A stretch of DNA of 64,000 nucleotides from assembly GCA_963732805.1 (NCBI GenBank), contig CAVTAW010000002.1, forward strand, positions 446,444-510,443, given 5' to 3'. Each line of letters opens with the position of its first letter. Position 1 is the stretch's first letter. The stretch comes from an uncultured Chloroflexia bacterium. GTDB taxonomy: Bacteria > Chloroflexota > Limnocylindria > Limnocylindrales > CSP1-4. This document shows positions 1-7,514 of the stretch, in pieces. The notes under the pieces are model-generated. The model was not told the origin of the DNA and made no database searches. It worked only from the letters and a program-made list of their open reading frames with translations. Made by a program: the position numbers and the translations under genes.

Positions 1-524
1 TGGCCATCTACTACCACTTCGCCAACAAGGAACGGGTCCTCGATGGCATGGTGGATCTCGTGTTCGGCGAGATCGAGCTGCCAGTGGCCGGCGCCGACTG
101 GAAGACGGCGATGCGCCGGCGGGCGATCTCGGTCCGCGACTCCATGGCCCGCCACCCATGGGCAATCGGCATGATGGAGTCGCGGGGCAATCCCGGTCCG
201 GCGAACCTGCGGCATCACGATGCGGTGATCGGCAGCCTCCTGGCCGGAGGCTTCGACATGACGATGGCTGCCCATGCCTACGCGCTCCTGGACGGCTACA
301 TCTACGGCTTCGCGCTGACGCACCTGAACCTGCCGTTCGGGACCGCAGCCGAGGCCGCGGCCGTTGCGGAGAGCATGGTGCAGCCCTTCGAGCCCGGTGC
401 GTACCCCAACCTCGTCGCGATGATCGAGCACGCCATGCAGCCCGGCTATGACTATGGCAACGAGTTCGGGTACGGGCTCGAGCTGATCCTCGACGGGCTC
501 GAGAGGGTGCTGGATCCGGCCTGA
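1..524 (+). CDS. TetR/AcrR-family transcriptional regulator (5' end upstream of window)
   Basis: The frame is open from the window edge (codons from nt 3: [27 protein letters not shown]...) and is continuous with tracked ORF 48..524. The YYHF.NKE tail of a TetR HTH is followed by a TetR-type C-terminal domain. Stop TGA at 522-524. Confidence 0.8.
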   Translation, partial: AIYYHFANKERVLDGMVDLVFGEIELPVAGADWKTAMRRRAISVRDSMARHPWAIGMMESRGNPGPANLRHHDAVIGSLLAGGFDMTMAAHAYALLDGYIYGFALTHLNLPFGTAAEAAAVAESMVQPFEPGAYPNLVAMIEHAMQPGYDYGNEFGYGLELILDGLERVLDPA

Positions 525-550
525 GTCCTTGCCGCCTCGAGCGGTCTCAG
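325..550. repeat. 226-bp direct repeat, copy 1 (3' third of the TetR gene plus 26 nt past its stop)
   Basis: Aligned by eye to 13974..14199. Same length, about 6 mismatches (about 97% identity). Confidence 0.9.
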
Positions 551-853
551 CTCAACCGGGCTCGAGGCCCCGGACCACCCATTGGCCCGGCGAGCCACCT
601 TGCAGCGCGTTCGCCAGGCGGACGACGCCGACCGTTCAGGCCAAGGCGCACGGCCATCGCGCGCGACAGATACGTGCCAGGGGGCTACCATTGGATGTGC
701 ACGACCGGACGAGGCGACGCGAGCCCGTGCCGAACGCGACCCCATTTCGGTCGCCGGCCGCCCATCGGCCTTAGGTGCCGCCCTCGTCGTCCGCCCGCCA
801 CCCGATCCATGTGCGCGATCCCCGTGCGTCGCGTCCCCGCCATGGAGGTTGCG

Positions 854-1558
854 ATGGCAACAACCGATCTTGAGCGCGCCCGCCTGGGCAGCGCTGCGCT
901 GGACACCCGGACGATCCCGATGGCTGTGCCCATCCTGACGGCGATCTCGCTCGCGGTCGCGGGCCTGCTGTTCGTGGCCTATCCGGCGCTCAGGCCGTTC
1001 TCCTCGGAGACCGGACTCGAGGGGGCGCAGGCCTTCGCCTCGACCAATTGGATCATTGCCCACTCGCTCGCGATGGCCGGGTTCATCCTGTTCGGACTCG
1101 CCCTGCTCGGCGTCTGTGAACAACTGCGCGGCACGAATGGTGAGCGCCCGGCGAGCTGGGGGATCGCCCTGAGCTGGGTCGGTATCGGGCTGACCCTGCC
1201 GTACTACGGCGCCGAGGTCTTCGGGCTGCACGCCGTCGGGCAGGCGGTCGTGGACCGGAACAACCCCGACCTCATGTCGATCGTCAACAACATCCGCTGG
1301 GAGGTCGGGATCTTCTGGATCCTGGCCGGACTCACCGCGCTCGGCGTCGGCGTGATCCTGTTCGCGGTCGCGATCTGGCGATCGGGCACCCTGGCCCGCT
1401 GGTCCGGAATCGTCCTCGCCGCCGCGTTCGCCCTGTACATCCCGCAGTTCGCTGCCGGCCAGCCGCTCCGCGTCGCCCACGGCGTGCTGATCCTCATCGG
1501 CGACCTGATCCTTGCTTGGGCGATCTGGCCGCGGGGAGTCGGCGAGGAGCGGGCATGA
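854..1558 (+). CDS. multi-pass membrane protein, unknown function
   Basis: In frame with ORF 674..1558. GGAGG lies 5 nt before ATG 854 (ATG 842 is also possible). About 6 hydrophobic helices. Its stop overlaps the next start (ATGA at 1555). Confidence 0.6.
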   Translation: MATTDLERARLGSAALDTRTIPMAVPILTAISLAVAGLLFVAYPALRPFSSETGLEGAQAFASTNWIIAHSLAMAGFILFGLALLGVCEQLRGTNGERPASWGIALSWVGIGLTLPYYGAEVFGLHAVGQAVVDRNNPDLMSIVNNIRWEVGIFWILAGLTALGVGVILFAVAIWRSGTLARWSGIVLAAAFALYIPQFAAGQPLRVAHGVLILIGDLILAWAIWPRGVGEERA

Positions 1559-2331
1559 GGATCGCGGACGGCATTCACCGCATCGGCGACGACCCGCGGG
1601 TGAACGCCTACCTCGTCGAGGAGGCGGGCGAGGTGACGATCATCGACGCCGCCATGCCCGGCTTCTACGACGACATCCCGAAGGAGCTGGCCGCCATGGG
1701 CCGCACCGTGGAGGACGTTCGCGCCGTCGTGCTGACCCATGGCCACTCGGACCACCTGGGGTTCGCCGAGCGGGTCCGGACCGAGCGTGGCGTGCCAGTC
1801 TGGATCCACGAGGTCGACGCCGGGCTGGCGCGCGCCGAGACAGACCCCGACAACCCGATGGGCAAGGTCCGCCTGGCGCCGCTGCTGGGCTTCCTGTGGC
1901 TGGGGCTGCGCAACGGCGGCCTCAAGCGGCCCGTGGTCAAGGTGGTCTCCACCTTCGGCGACGGGGCGACGCTCGACGTGCCGGGCAGCCCGCAGGTCAC
2001 CCTCGTGCCGGGCCACACCATGGGGAGTGCAGCGCTCTCGGTTCCTGGTCGCGATGCGCTGTTCGTCGGCGACGCGTTCGCGACCTACTCGGTCACGGAC
2101 GGCCAGAGTGGTCCTCGGATCGCGCCGTTCACGGCCGACCGCGGGCTGGCCATCGACTCCCTGGCCCAAATCGCCGACAGCCCCGCCGGAATCGTGCTAC
2201 CCGGTCACGGGCAGCCATGGACGATGGGCATGGCCGAGGCCGTGCGCCAGGTCCGGGCGTCGGAGTCGGAGGCCACTCGGCCAGCGGCGGTCGAGCAGCC
2301 GAGTCCAGACAGCGCGGCGAAGCAAACGTGA
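1555..2331 (+). CDS. MBL-fold metallo-hydrolase
   Basis: HxHxDH motif (LTHGHSDH) plus downstream PGHT and PGHG histidines. ATGA overlap with the upstream gene. Confidence 0.85.
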   Translation: MRIADGIHRIGDDPRVNAYLVEEAGEVTIIDAAMPGFYDDIPKELAAMGRTVEDVRAVVLTHGHSDHLGFAERVRTERGVPVWIHEVDAGLARAETDPDNPMGKVRLAPLLGFLWLGLRNGGLKRPVVKVVSTFGDGATLDVPGSPQVTLVPGHTMGSAALSVPGRDALFVGDAFATYSVTDGQSGPRIAPFTADRGLAIDSLAQIADSPAGIVLPGHGQPWTMGMAEAVRQVRASESEATRPAAVEQPSPDSAAKQT

Positions 2332-2350
2332 TCGACGGAGCGAGGGCCAC

Positions 2351-2962
2351 GTGAGCCCGGCAGCCGAGATCGCCTCCGCTCTCGACGCGTGGCACGACTT
2401 CTTCGTCGCGTCCACCGGGGCGGCGGCGGTGCTCCTGGGCCTGACGTTCGTCGGTCTCACGATCCACGTCGAGCGCCGGGGTCTGGACAACCTCCGTCGA
2501 GGGCTGGCGATTGGCTCCGCCACGAACCTGGTCTATGCGCTGTTCGCGTCGCTTCTGATGCTCACGCCGGACGGCGTCCCGTACGCGCAGGCGGTCGGGC
2601 TCGTGGTCATCGGGGTGCTCGGCTTCATCTCGGCCGAGGCGGCGCTGGTGAACGCGCGCCAGGGTGGGCTCACCCGCGCCCGGCTGGCCTTTCAGTTCGG
2701 CCTGCCAGGGGTCGCCATCGGGCTCCTTCTCGTGGCCGGAGTCGCTCTCGCGCTCGGGATCGAGCAGGCGGTGTGGGGTGCTGCAGCCGTCGTGTTCGCG
2801 CTCATCACGTCGGGGACACAGAGTGCCTGGGACCTGCTGTTCAGCTTCGCGCCTGAGGGCCGTGGGCGCGAGGATCGCGAGCCTGCCAAGGCCCCTCGGG
2901 CCGTCAACGCCACGCGTCGCATCCCGGAGCGCCCAAGGACTCGGCAAAAGGAGGTGGGATGA
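2351..2962 (+). CDS. membrane protein, unknown function
   Basis: GTG 2351 follows GGAGCGAGGG and is in frame with the tail of ORF 1739..2962. Several hydrophobic helices. ATGA overlap with the next gene at 2959. Confidence 0.55.
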   Translation: MSPAAEIASALDAWHDFFVASTGAAAVLLGLTFVGLTIHVERRGLDNLRRGLAIGSATNLVYALFASLLMLTPDGVPYAQAVGLVVIGVLGFISAEAALVNARQGGLTRARLAFQFGLPGVAIGLLLVAGVALALGIEQAVWGAAAVVFALITSGTQSAWDLLFSFAPEGRGREDREPAKAPRAVNATRRIPERPRTRQKEVG

Positions 2963-3495
2963 CTCGCCACAAGCGGATCTCAATCGTCATCACGGCGGTG
3001 TTCGGGTTCATCTACATCATGGCTAACGCACAGTTGCTCCCGCCAACGGAAGCCACGGCGGTCAGGGTCATCGGCATCCTCGCGGCAGTCGGCCTGCTGA
3101 TCGCCCTCCCCCGGCCGGATCGGCCGGATCGGCCGGGCGTCGGGTTCAGCGGCTCGTACTGGCTCATCGTCGCGGCCGAGGTGGCCGCCGGCATCGGTGG
3201 GCTGGTCGTCCTCAACGACGTGCTCGGGATCCACGACGCGTCGATCGCGTGGATCTCGGTGGTCGTCGGCGTGCACTTCTTCGGCTTCTACGTCATCTGG
3301 CGCCTGCCGATCATGGTCTGGATCGGGGCGGCGATCACCGTCTGCGGCGGGCTCGGGCTGCTCGCGGCGGGGCTGGATCGCTCGGCGACCGTGATTGCCG
3401 TCGTGGCCGGCATCCTGCCCGGGGCCGTGCTGCTCGCCGGCGGCTATTGGAGCCGCCTCCATCCCATGCCCGAGCGCACAGCCACCCGTGGCTGA
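2959..3495 (+). CDS. membrane protein, unknown function
   Basis: AAGGAGG SD. 178 aa with 4-5 hydrophobic helices. Contains PRPDRPDRPG, encoded by a short 9-bp tandem near 3108-3133. Confidence 0.6.
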   Translation: MTRHKRISIVITAVFGFIYIMANAQLLPPTEATAVRVIGILAAVGLLIALPRPDRPDRPGVGFSGSYWLIVAAEVAAGIGGLVVLNDVLGIHDASIAWISVVVGVHFFGFYVIWRLPIMVWIGAAITVCGGLGLLAAGLDRSATVIAVVAGILPGAVLLAGGYWSRLHPMPERTATRG

Positions 3496-3563
3496 GCCCG
3501 AGGCCCCGCTCCGGCGGTCGAGAACACGGTCTCGAGAGCCCCAGAGGCGCAAGGAGGTGACGC

Positions 3564-3983
3564 ATGGCCATTCGTGATCCAGACACCGTGCGAACGAGGG
3601 GTGCGCCGGCACCCGCTGCCGCAGCTCGGCTGACGCCGATGCAGGGCCTGATCCTCGCGCTGCGCGCAGTGATGGAGACCGCGATCGTCGTCGGGCTGGC
3701 GTACTGGGGGTGGCAGACGGGCTCGGGCACGATCGCGAAGATCGGTCTGGCCATCGGCGCGCCGGTCGTGGGGTTTGGGTTCTGGGGTCTCGTCGACTTC
3801 CATCAGGCCGGCCGAGCGGCGGAGCCGCTCCGACTCGTGCAGGAGCTCGTCGTCTCCGGGCTCGTGGCGCTTGCCGTTTGGAGCGCCGGGCAGCCGTTGC
3901 TCGGGCTCCTGCTGGCCGTGCTTTCCATCGTCTACCACGCCCTCGTCTACGCGACCGGCGGCCGGCTGTTGAAGCCTCGATGA
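3564..3983 (+). CDS. YrdB/DUF2568-family small membrane protein
   Basis: AGGAGG SD. The pattern LRAVMETAIVVGLAYWGW..GSG...K..L.IGAP...FGFWGL...P resembles DUF2568 proteins. Confidence 0.65.
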   Translation: MAIRDPDTVRTRGAPAPAAAARLTPMQGLILALRAVMETAIVVGLAYWGWQTGSGTIAKIGLAIGAPVVGFGFWGLVDFHQAGRAAEPLRLVQELVVSGLVALAVWSAGQPLLGLLLAVLSIVYHALVYATGGRLLKPR

Positions 3984-4024
3984 ACCGCCAGGACGGGACG
4001 CTGTCGCCACGAGCGAGCGGCTGA

Positions 4025-4606
4025 GTGCGCATCTTCGTCGCCGGGGCCTCGGGCGTGCTCGGGCGCGCATTGCTGCCCCTCCTGCTGGGGCACCACGTGG
4101 TCGGGACGACGCGGTCGCGGCCCGATGTGGTGCGCGCGCTCGGCGCCGAGCCCATGGTCCTCGATGCCTACGATCGTAGGCGCGTTCGCGAGATGGTCCA
4201 AGCGGCGCGGCCGGAAATCGTCGTGGACTTGCTCACGGACCTGCAGGGACGTGACTCCGCGGCGAACAACCGCATCCGACGCGAGGCGACACCGATCCTC
4301 GTCGAGGCGGCGGTGGCAGCGCGTGTGCGGCGGCTCGTCATCGAGAGCATCGCCTTCGATGTGGCAGCCGAGACGGCCGCGGCCCGCGACGAGATGGAGG
4401 CGGCCGCCGACGCCTCCGGCCTGGAGGTTGCCGTCGTGCGTCTCGGTCGACTGTGGGGGCCGGACACATGGAGCCCAGCGCCCGGCGACGAGGGGAACTG
4501 GGTGAGCGTGGAACAGGCGGCGAAGCTGCTTCGCGACGCGACCCTGTTAGCGATACGCAAGGGCCCCGCAGGTGCCGCCACCACTCGTGGCACCCTCAAC
4601 GGTTGA
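4025..4606 (+). CDS. NAD(P)-binding Rossmann protein (atypical SDR/epimerase-like), short
   Basis: N-terminal MRIFVAGASGVLGRAL glycine-rich motif. Only 193 aa, and rare TTA/ATA codons near the 3' end suggest a degenerate C-terminus. Confidence 0.6.
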   Translation: MRIFVAGASGVLGRALLPLLLGHHVVGTTRSRPDVVRALGAEPMVLDAYDRRRVREMVQAARPEIVVDLLTDLQGRDSAANNRIRREATPILVEAAVAARVRRLVIESIAFDVAAETAAARDEMEAAADASGLEVAVVRLGRLWGPDTWSPAPGDEGNWVSVEQAAKLLRDATLLAIRKGPAGAATTRGTLNG

Positions 4607-4724
4607 CTCCAAGCTCGGAACGACGGGCACAGACCTCCGGCTGCAACCCTTCAATGTCCATACGTGAACGAAGGGATGAGCTGAGTTCGGGCGGATCGCG
4701 CTGACCACCCGGGCTGGGGTGCCG

Positions 4725-4761
4725 CTGGTGGGGAGCGAGCCGTGACCCGCTGCCCCGCCAG
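4725..4761. terminator. imperfect GC-rich hairpin between convergent genes
   Basis: CTGGTGGGGAGCG (4725-4737) pairs with CGCTGCCCCGCCAG (4748-4761): 12 pairs, one mismatch, one bulge. It starts 3 nt downstream of the csbD-like stop. There is no U-tract. Confidence 0.35.
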
Positions 4762-4763
4762 GG

Positions 4764-4946
4764 TCAGTCGCGGCTGTCCTTGTGAAGGTGGTCCTGGACG
4801 TCGCCCAAGCCGTCCTGGGCCTTGCCCTCGACCTTCTGAACCTTGCCCTTCGTCTCCTGCGTCCGGTCGCCGGTCACCTTGCCGACGGTTTCGTTGACCG
4901 TGCCCTTGACGGTGTTGACGGCACCCTTGGTGTGCTGGTCGGCCAT
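4764..4946 (-). CDS. CsbD-family stress-response protein
   Basis: 60 aa: KGAVNTVKGTVNETVGKVTGDRTQETKGKVQKVEGKAQDGLGDV, the typical CsbD repeat pattern. Its start overlaps the upstream stop by 1 nt. Confidence 0.85.
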   Translation of the reverse strand: MADQHTKGAVNTVKGTVNETVGKVTGDRTQETKGKVQKVEGKAQDGLGDVQDHLHKDSRD

Positions 4947-5212
4947 CAGACGGTCCTGGCCGTACCGCGCGACAGGAACAGCCGCGCGACGAAGATGACG
5001 ACGACGGCGCCGAACACGGCGACGGCGAGGCTCTCGAGGTTGAAGCCGGTGATGTCGGCGACGCCGAGCACGGACCCGGCGATGAAGCCGCCGACGACGG
5101 CGCCGACGATCCCGAGGACGATCATCATGATGAGGCCCTCGCCTCCGCCCATGATGAGATTGGCGATGAACCCGGCGAGCGCGCCGAGCACGATCCAGGC
5201 GATGATTCCCAT
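4946..5212 (-). CDS. GlsB/YeaQ/YmgE-family (transglycosylase-associated) stress membrane protein
   Basis: The last 88 codons of ORF 4946..5830 read MGIIAWIVLGALAGFIANLIMGGGEGLIMMIVLGIVGAVVGGFI.... AAAGGAAG SD precedes ATG 5212. Confidence 0.85.
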   Translation of the reverse strand: MGIIAWIVLGALAGFIANLIMGGGEGLIMMIVLGIVGAVVGGFIAGSVLGVADITGFNLESLAVAVFGAVVVIFVARLFLSRGTARTV

Positions 5213-5301
5213 GGAAGTGCTTCCTTTCGTATCGCGCCCGTCCGGGACGGGCGGCGCAAGTAGCGGAGGATCACCCGTCCGCAACGGGGACCGGGACGCG
5301 G

Positions 5302-5718
5302 TCAGGCGGTTATTGCGGTCGACCGGCGGGCGAAGATGCTGATGACCCAGAGCACGATCAGCTCGAGGATCGTCCAGCCGACGATGGCCACGATGGCCGT
5401 GACGTCGAGGATCGAGCCCGCGGAATGGAGCGAGTCCGTTCGCAGGATCCCCTCGAACGGCGCCACGAACACCTGGCTGATGTTGAGGACTGCCGACACG
5501 AGGGCGTTGGACTCTCTCGCGTCGAGCAGGAGCAGCACGATGCGTGCCCCGATGACGATCTGGATGAGCCCGAAGACGAGGATCACGATGCGACGGCTCA
5601 TCTCGGCGCCACCGGGGCCTGTCATGGTGGTGCGGCGGCTGTCCGTCTGCACCGTCTCCTGGCCCGTCGGCGTGGGTTCCTGGGTGACGACCGTCCGGTC
5701 GACCTGATCGATTGCCAT
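5302..5718 (-). CDS. YggT-like membrane protein with N-terminal extension
   Basis: GGGAGA SD. The C-terminal 95 aa (IVILVFGLIQIVIGARIVLLLLDA...VFVAPFEGIL...ILDVTAIVAIVGW) resemble the YggT family. Confidence 0.55.
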   Translation of the reverse strand: MAIDQVDRTVVTQEPTPTGQETVQTDSRRTTMTGPGGAEMSRRIVILVFGLIQIVIGARIVLLLLDARESNALVSAVLNISQVFVAPFEGILRTDSLHSAGSILDVTAIVAIVGWTILELIVLWVISIFARRSTAITA

Positions 5719-6044
5719 GGTGTCTCCCGTGCATGCGGCATCCGGGAGAGCGGGGTCTGGCGACCACCGCCGGGCTACGTTCCGGCCACTGCGCTGTGTG
5801 GAGTAGGCACCCGGGGCGGCGCGATGTCATGACGGCCCGTCATCCCACTGCTGGAATCGGTCCGGAGCGCCTCAGTCCGAGGAGATCGCCTCCCCGGCCC
5901 GCGGGGCAGCCGGCGGACCCATGTCCGAGTGGGTGACGAACCGTCATGACGCGGCGCTCACAGGACTGGACACTCGGAGACGAGCGGCTCCGTCATCCAT
6001 CGCCCTGGATCGTCGGTAGACGTCCTTCCGATAGGAGCCAGTCC

Positions 6045-6224
6045 ATGACGACCTTCGCAGCCTCTCAAGACAGCGGGGAGCCGGGCGGTATCGCCGGCGA
6101 TGCGGTCATACGGCGGCTGGGCCGCCGCGACAAGATCGAGGCGCTCGGCATGCTCCTCGGCAAGCTGGGCATCCTCCTCGGTCTCGCACTCACCGTTGGC
6201 ACGACATTCCCCTTCGGGTCATGA
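6045..6224 (+). CDS. small hypothetical protein (59 aa, hydrophobic C-terminus)
   Basis: AGGAG lies 7 nt before ATG 6045. High third-position GC. ATGA overlap with the next small ORF. Confidence 0.4.
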   Translation: MTTFAASQDSGEPGGIAGDAVIRRLGRRDKIEALGMLLGKLGILLGLALTVGTTFPFGS

Positions 6225-6421
6225 TCGGGCGATCGCGGACGGCGAGCCGGGTCACCCCAATCGCCGTGTCACTCCCCGGGGACGCTCGCACGGTGCTCGG
6301 GGCGATCGGATCGGTGATGCTGCCTCGTGTCGCCCTGATCGCGCTCGCGCTGACGCTGATCCTCGTCATCCTCCCCGCGGTGCTCCATGCCGCCGGGATT
6401 CAGGTGCTTGCGGCCGTCTGA
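6221..6421 (+). CDS. small hypothetical membrane protein (66 aa)
   Basis: Translationally coupled to 6045..6224. Contains a TM helix LPRVALIALALTLILVILPAVL. High GC3. Confidence 0.4.
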   Translation: MIGRSRTASRVTPIAVSLPGDARTVLGAIGSVMLPRVALIALALTLILVILPAVLHAAGIQVLAAV

Positions 6422-6866
6422 CCTCGCAGCTCCGTTCCACGCCACGGGTCGGGGCAAATCGGTGACGACTGGCTCGATCGCCGGGAGGGCGACCTGCCGG
6501 ACGGGCCCCACGACTGGCCGACCTGGCGCACGACGGCGGTCATGGCCATCGCGACGGTCGCGCTCGTGGATCATCACGATCGCGGGCAAGGATCGGCATA
6601 GCTCCCCGGCGCGGATGTCCGGGCGAGCGATGGGCAGTGGTCAGTCTTGGGATGACCGACCGTCATGACCCGCCCGGCCCAACGCCGCACAGTGAAGGCC
6701 ACTCGACGACCTCGACCGGTTCAAGGCCTTCATCGAGGAGCGCGGCCAGCCGACCGGGTCCTGGAAGGGCGAGATCCACGGCGCCACCGTGACCCCAGCC
6801 TGAACAACCAGACCGCGCCCTGAGCGACCCGACACACACCAGCACGCGCCAGAAGTGAGGAGCCCC

Positions 6867-7286
6867 ATGTCTCGACTCACCGCCATCCTGCGCCCGTCGA
6901 CGGTCGCGCACGCCCATTGCGACATCCCCTGCGGCATCTACGACCCGTCGGCGGCCGTGCTGGCCGCCCGCACCGTCGCCCGCATGGTGGAGCTGATCGG
7001 CACGCTCCCCGAGGTGGCTACCTCCGTCGCCGACCGGAACACGTTCGCCCGCTGCGTCGCCGTCAAGGAGCAGCACGCGGAGACGGTGAAGCACGAGGTC
7101 GCCGTGATCTGGGGCGACTACTTCAAGCCCGAACACCTCGCGACCTTCCCGGACCTCCACACGAAGGTGTGGAACCTGCTCAAGCTCGCCGGCAAGAACA
7201 AGCAGGGCGTCGATGCCCAGGCCGCCGCCGACCTCGAGGCCGCGACCAAGGAGTTTGCCGACATGTTCTGGGCCACCAGGAAGTAA
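6867..7286 (+). CDS. sodN: nickel superoxide dismutase precursor
   Basis: A 16-aa leader (MSRLTAILRPSTVAHA) is followed by HCDIPCGIYDP, the NiSOD Ni-hook (His-Cys-x-x-Pro-Cys-Gly-x-Tyr). Further matches to Streptomyces SodN as recalled from memory: KEQHAE..KHE...IWGDYFKP and the C-terminal FWATRK. GAGGAG SD precedes ATG 6867 (GTG 6855 is also in frame). Confidence 0.9.
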   Translation: MSRLTAILRPSTVAHAHCDIPCGIYDPSAAVLAARTVARMVELIGTLPEVATSVADRNTFARCVAVKEQHAETVKHEVAVIWGDYFKPEHLATFPDLHTKVWNLLKLAGKNKQGVDAQAAADLEAATKEFADMFWATRK

Positions 7287-7514
7287 CCGGGGCGGCTCGT
7301 CAGGACGCCGCAGACCGTGCACAGATTCGCCGCCGAATTGTCGGTGGGCTGGCTGGCGCGGTCTATTCGCTTGGGGTGCTCGGCGTGCGGATGCAAGGCT
7401 GGGCACGACCACGAGCGACGGGTCTGCCCGTGACGACTCCCCGCGGTCGTAGCATGGCGAGCAGGTCGCATTGGCCGTTCAAGCCCTCGCACGCGTCAGC
7501 ACCTGGATCGTCAG

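Noticed and set aside
6269-6860. Searched the sodN upstream region for a SodX (S26 peptidase) gene
   Set aside because: No frame on either strand shows the GPSM.PTL/GD..V signal-peptidase motifs. The tracked ORFs here (6269..6589 minus, 6387..6668 plus) are low-complexity.
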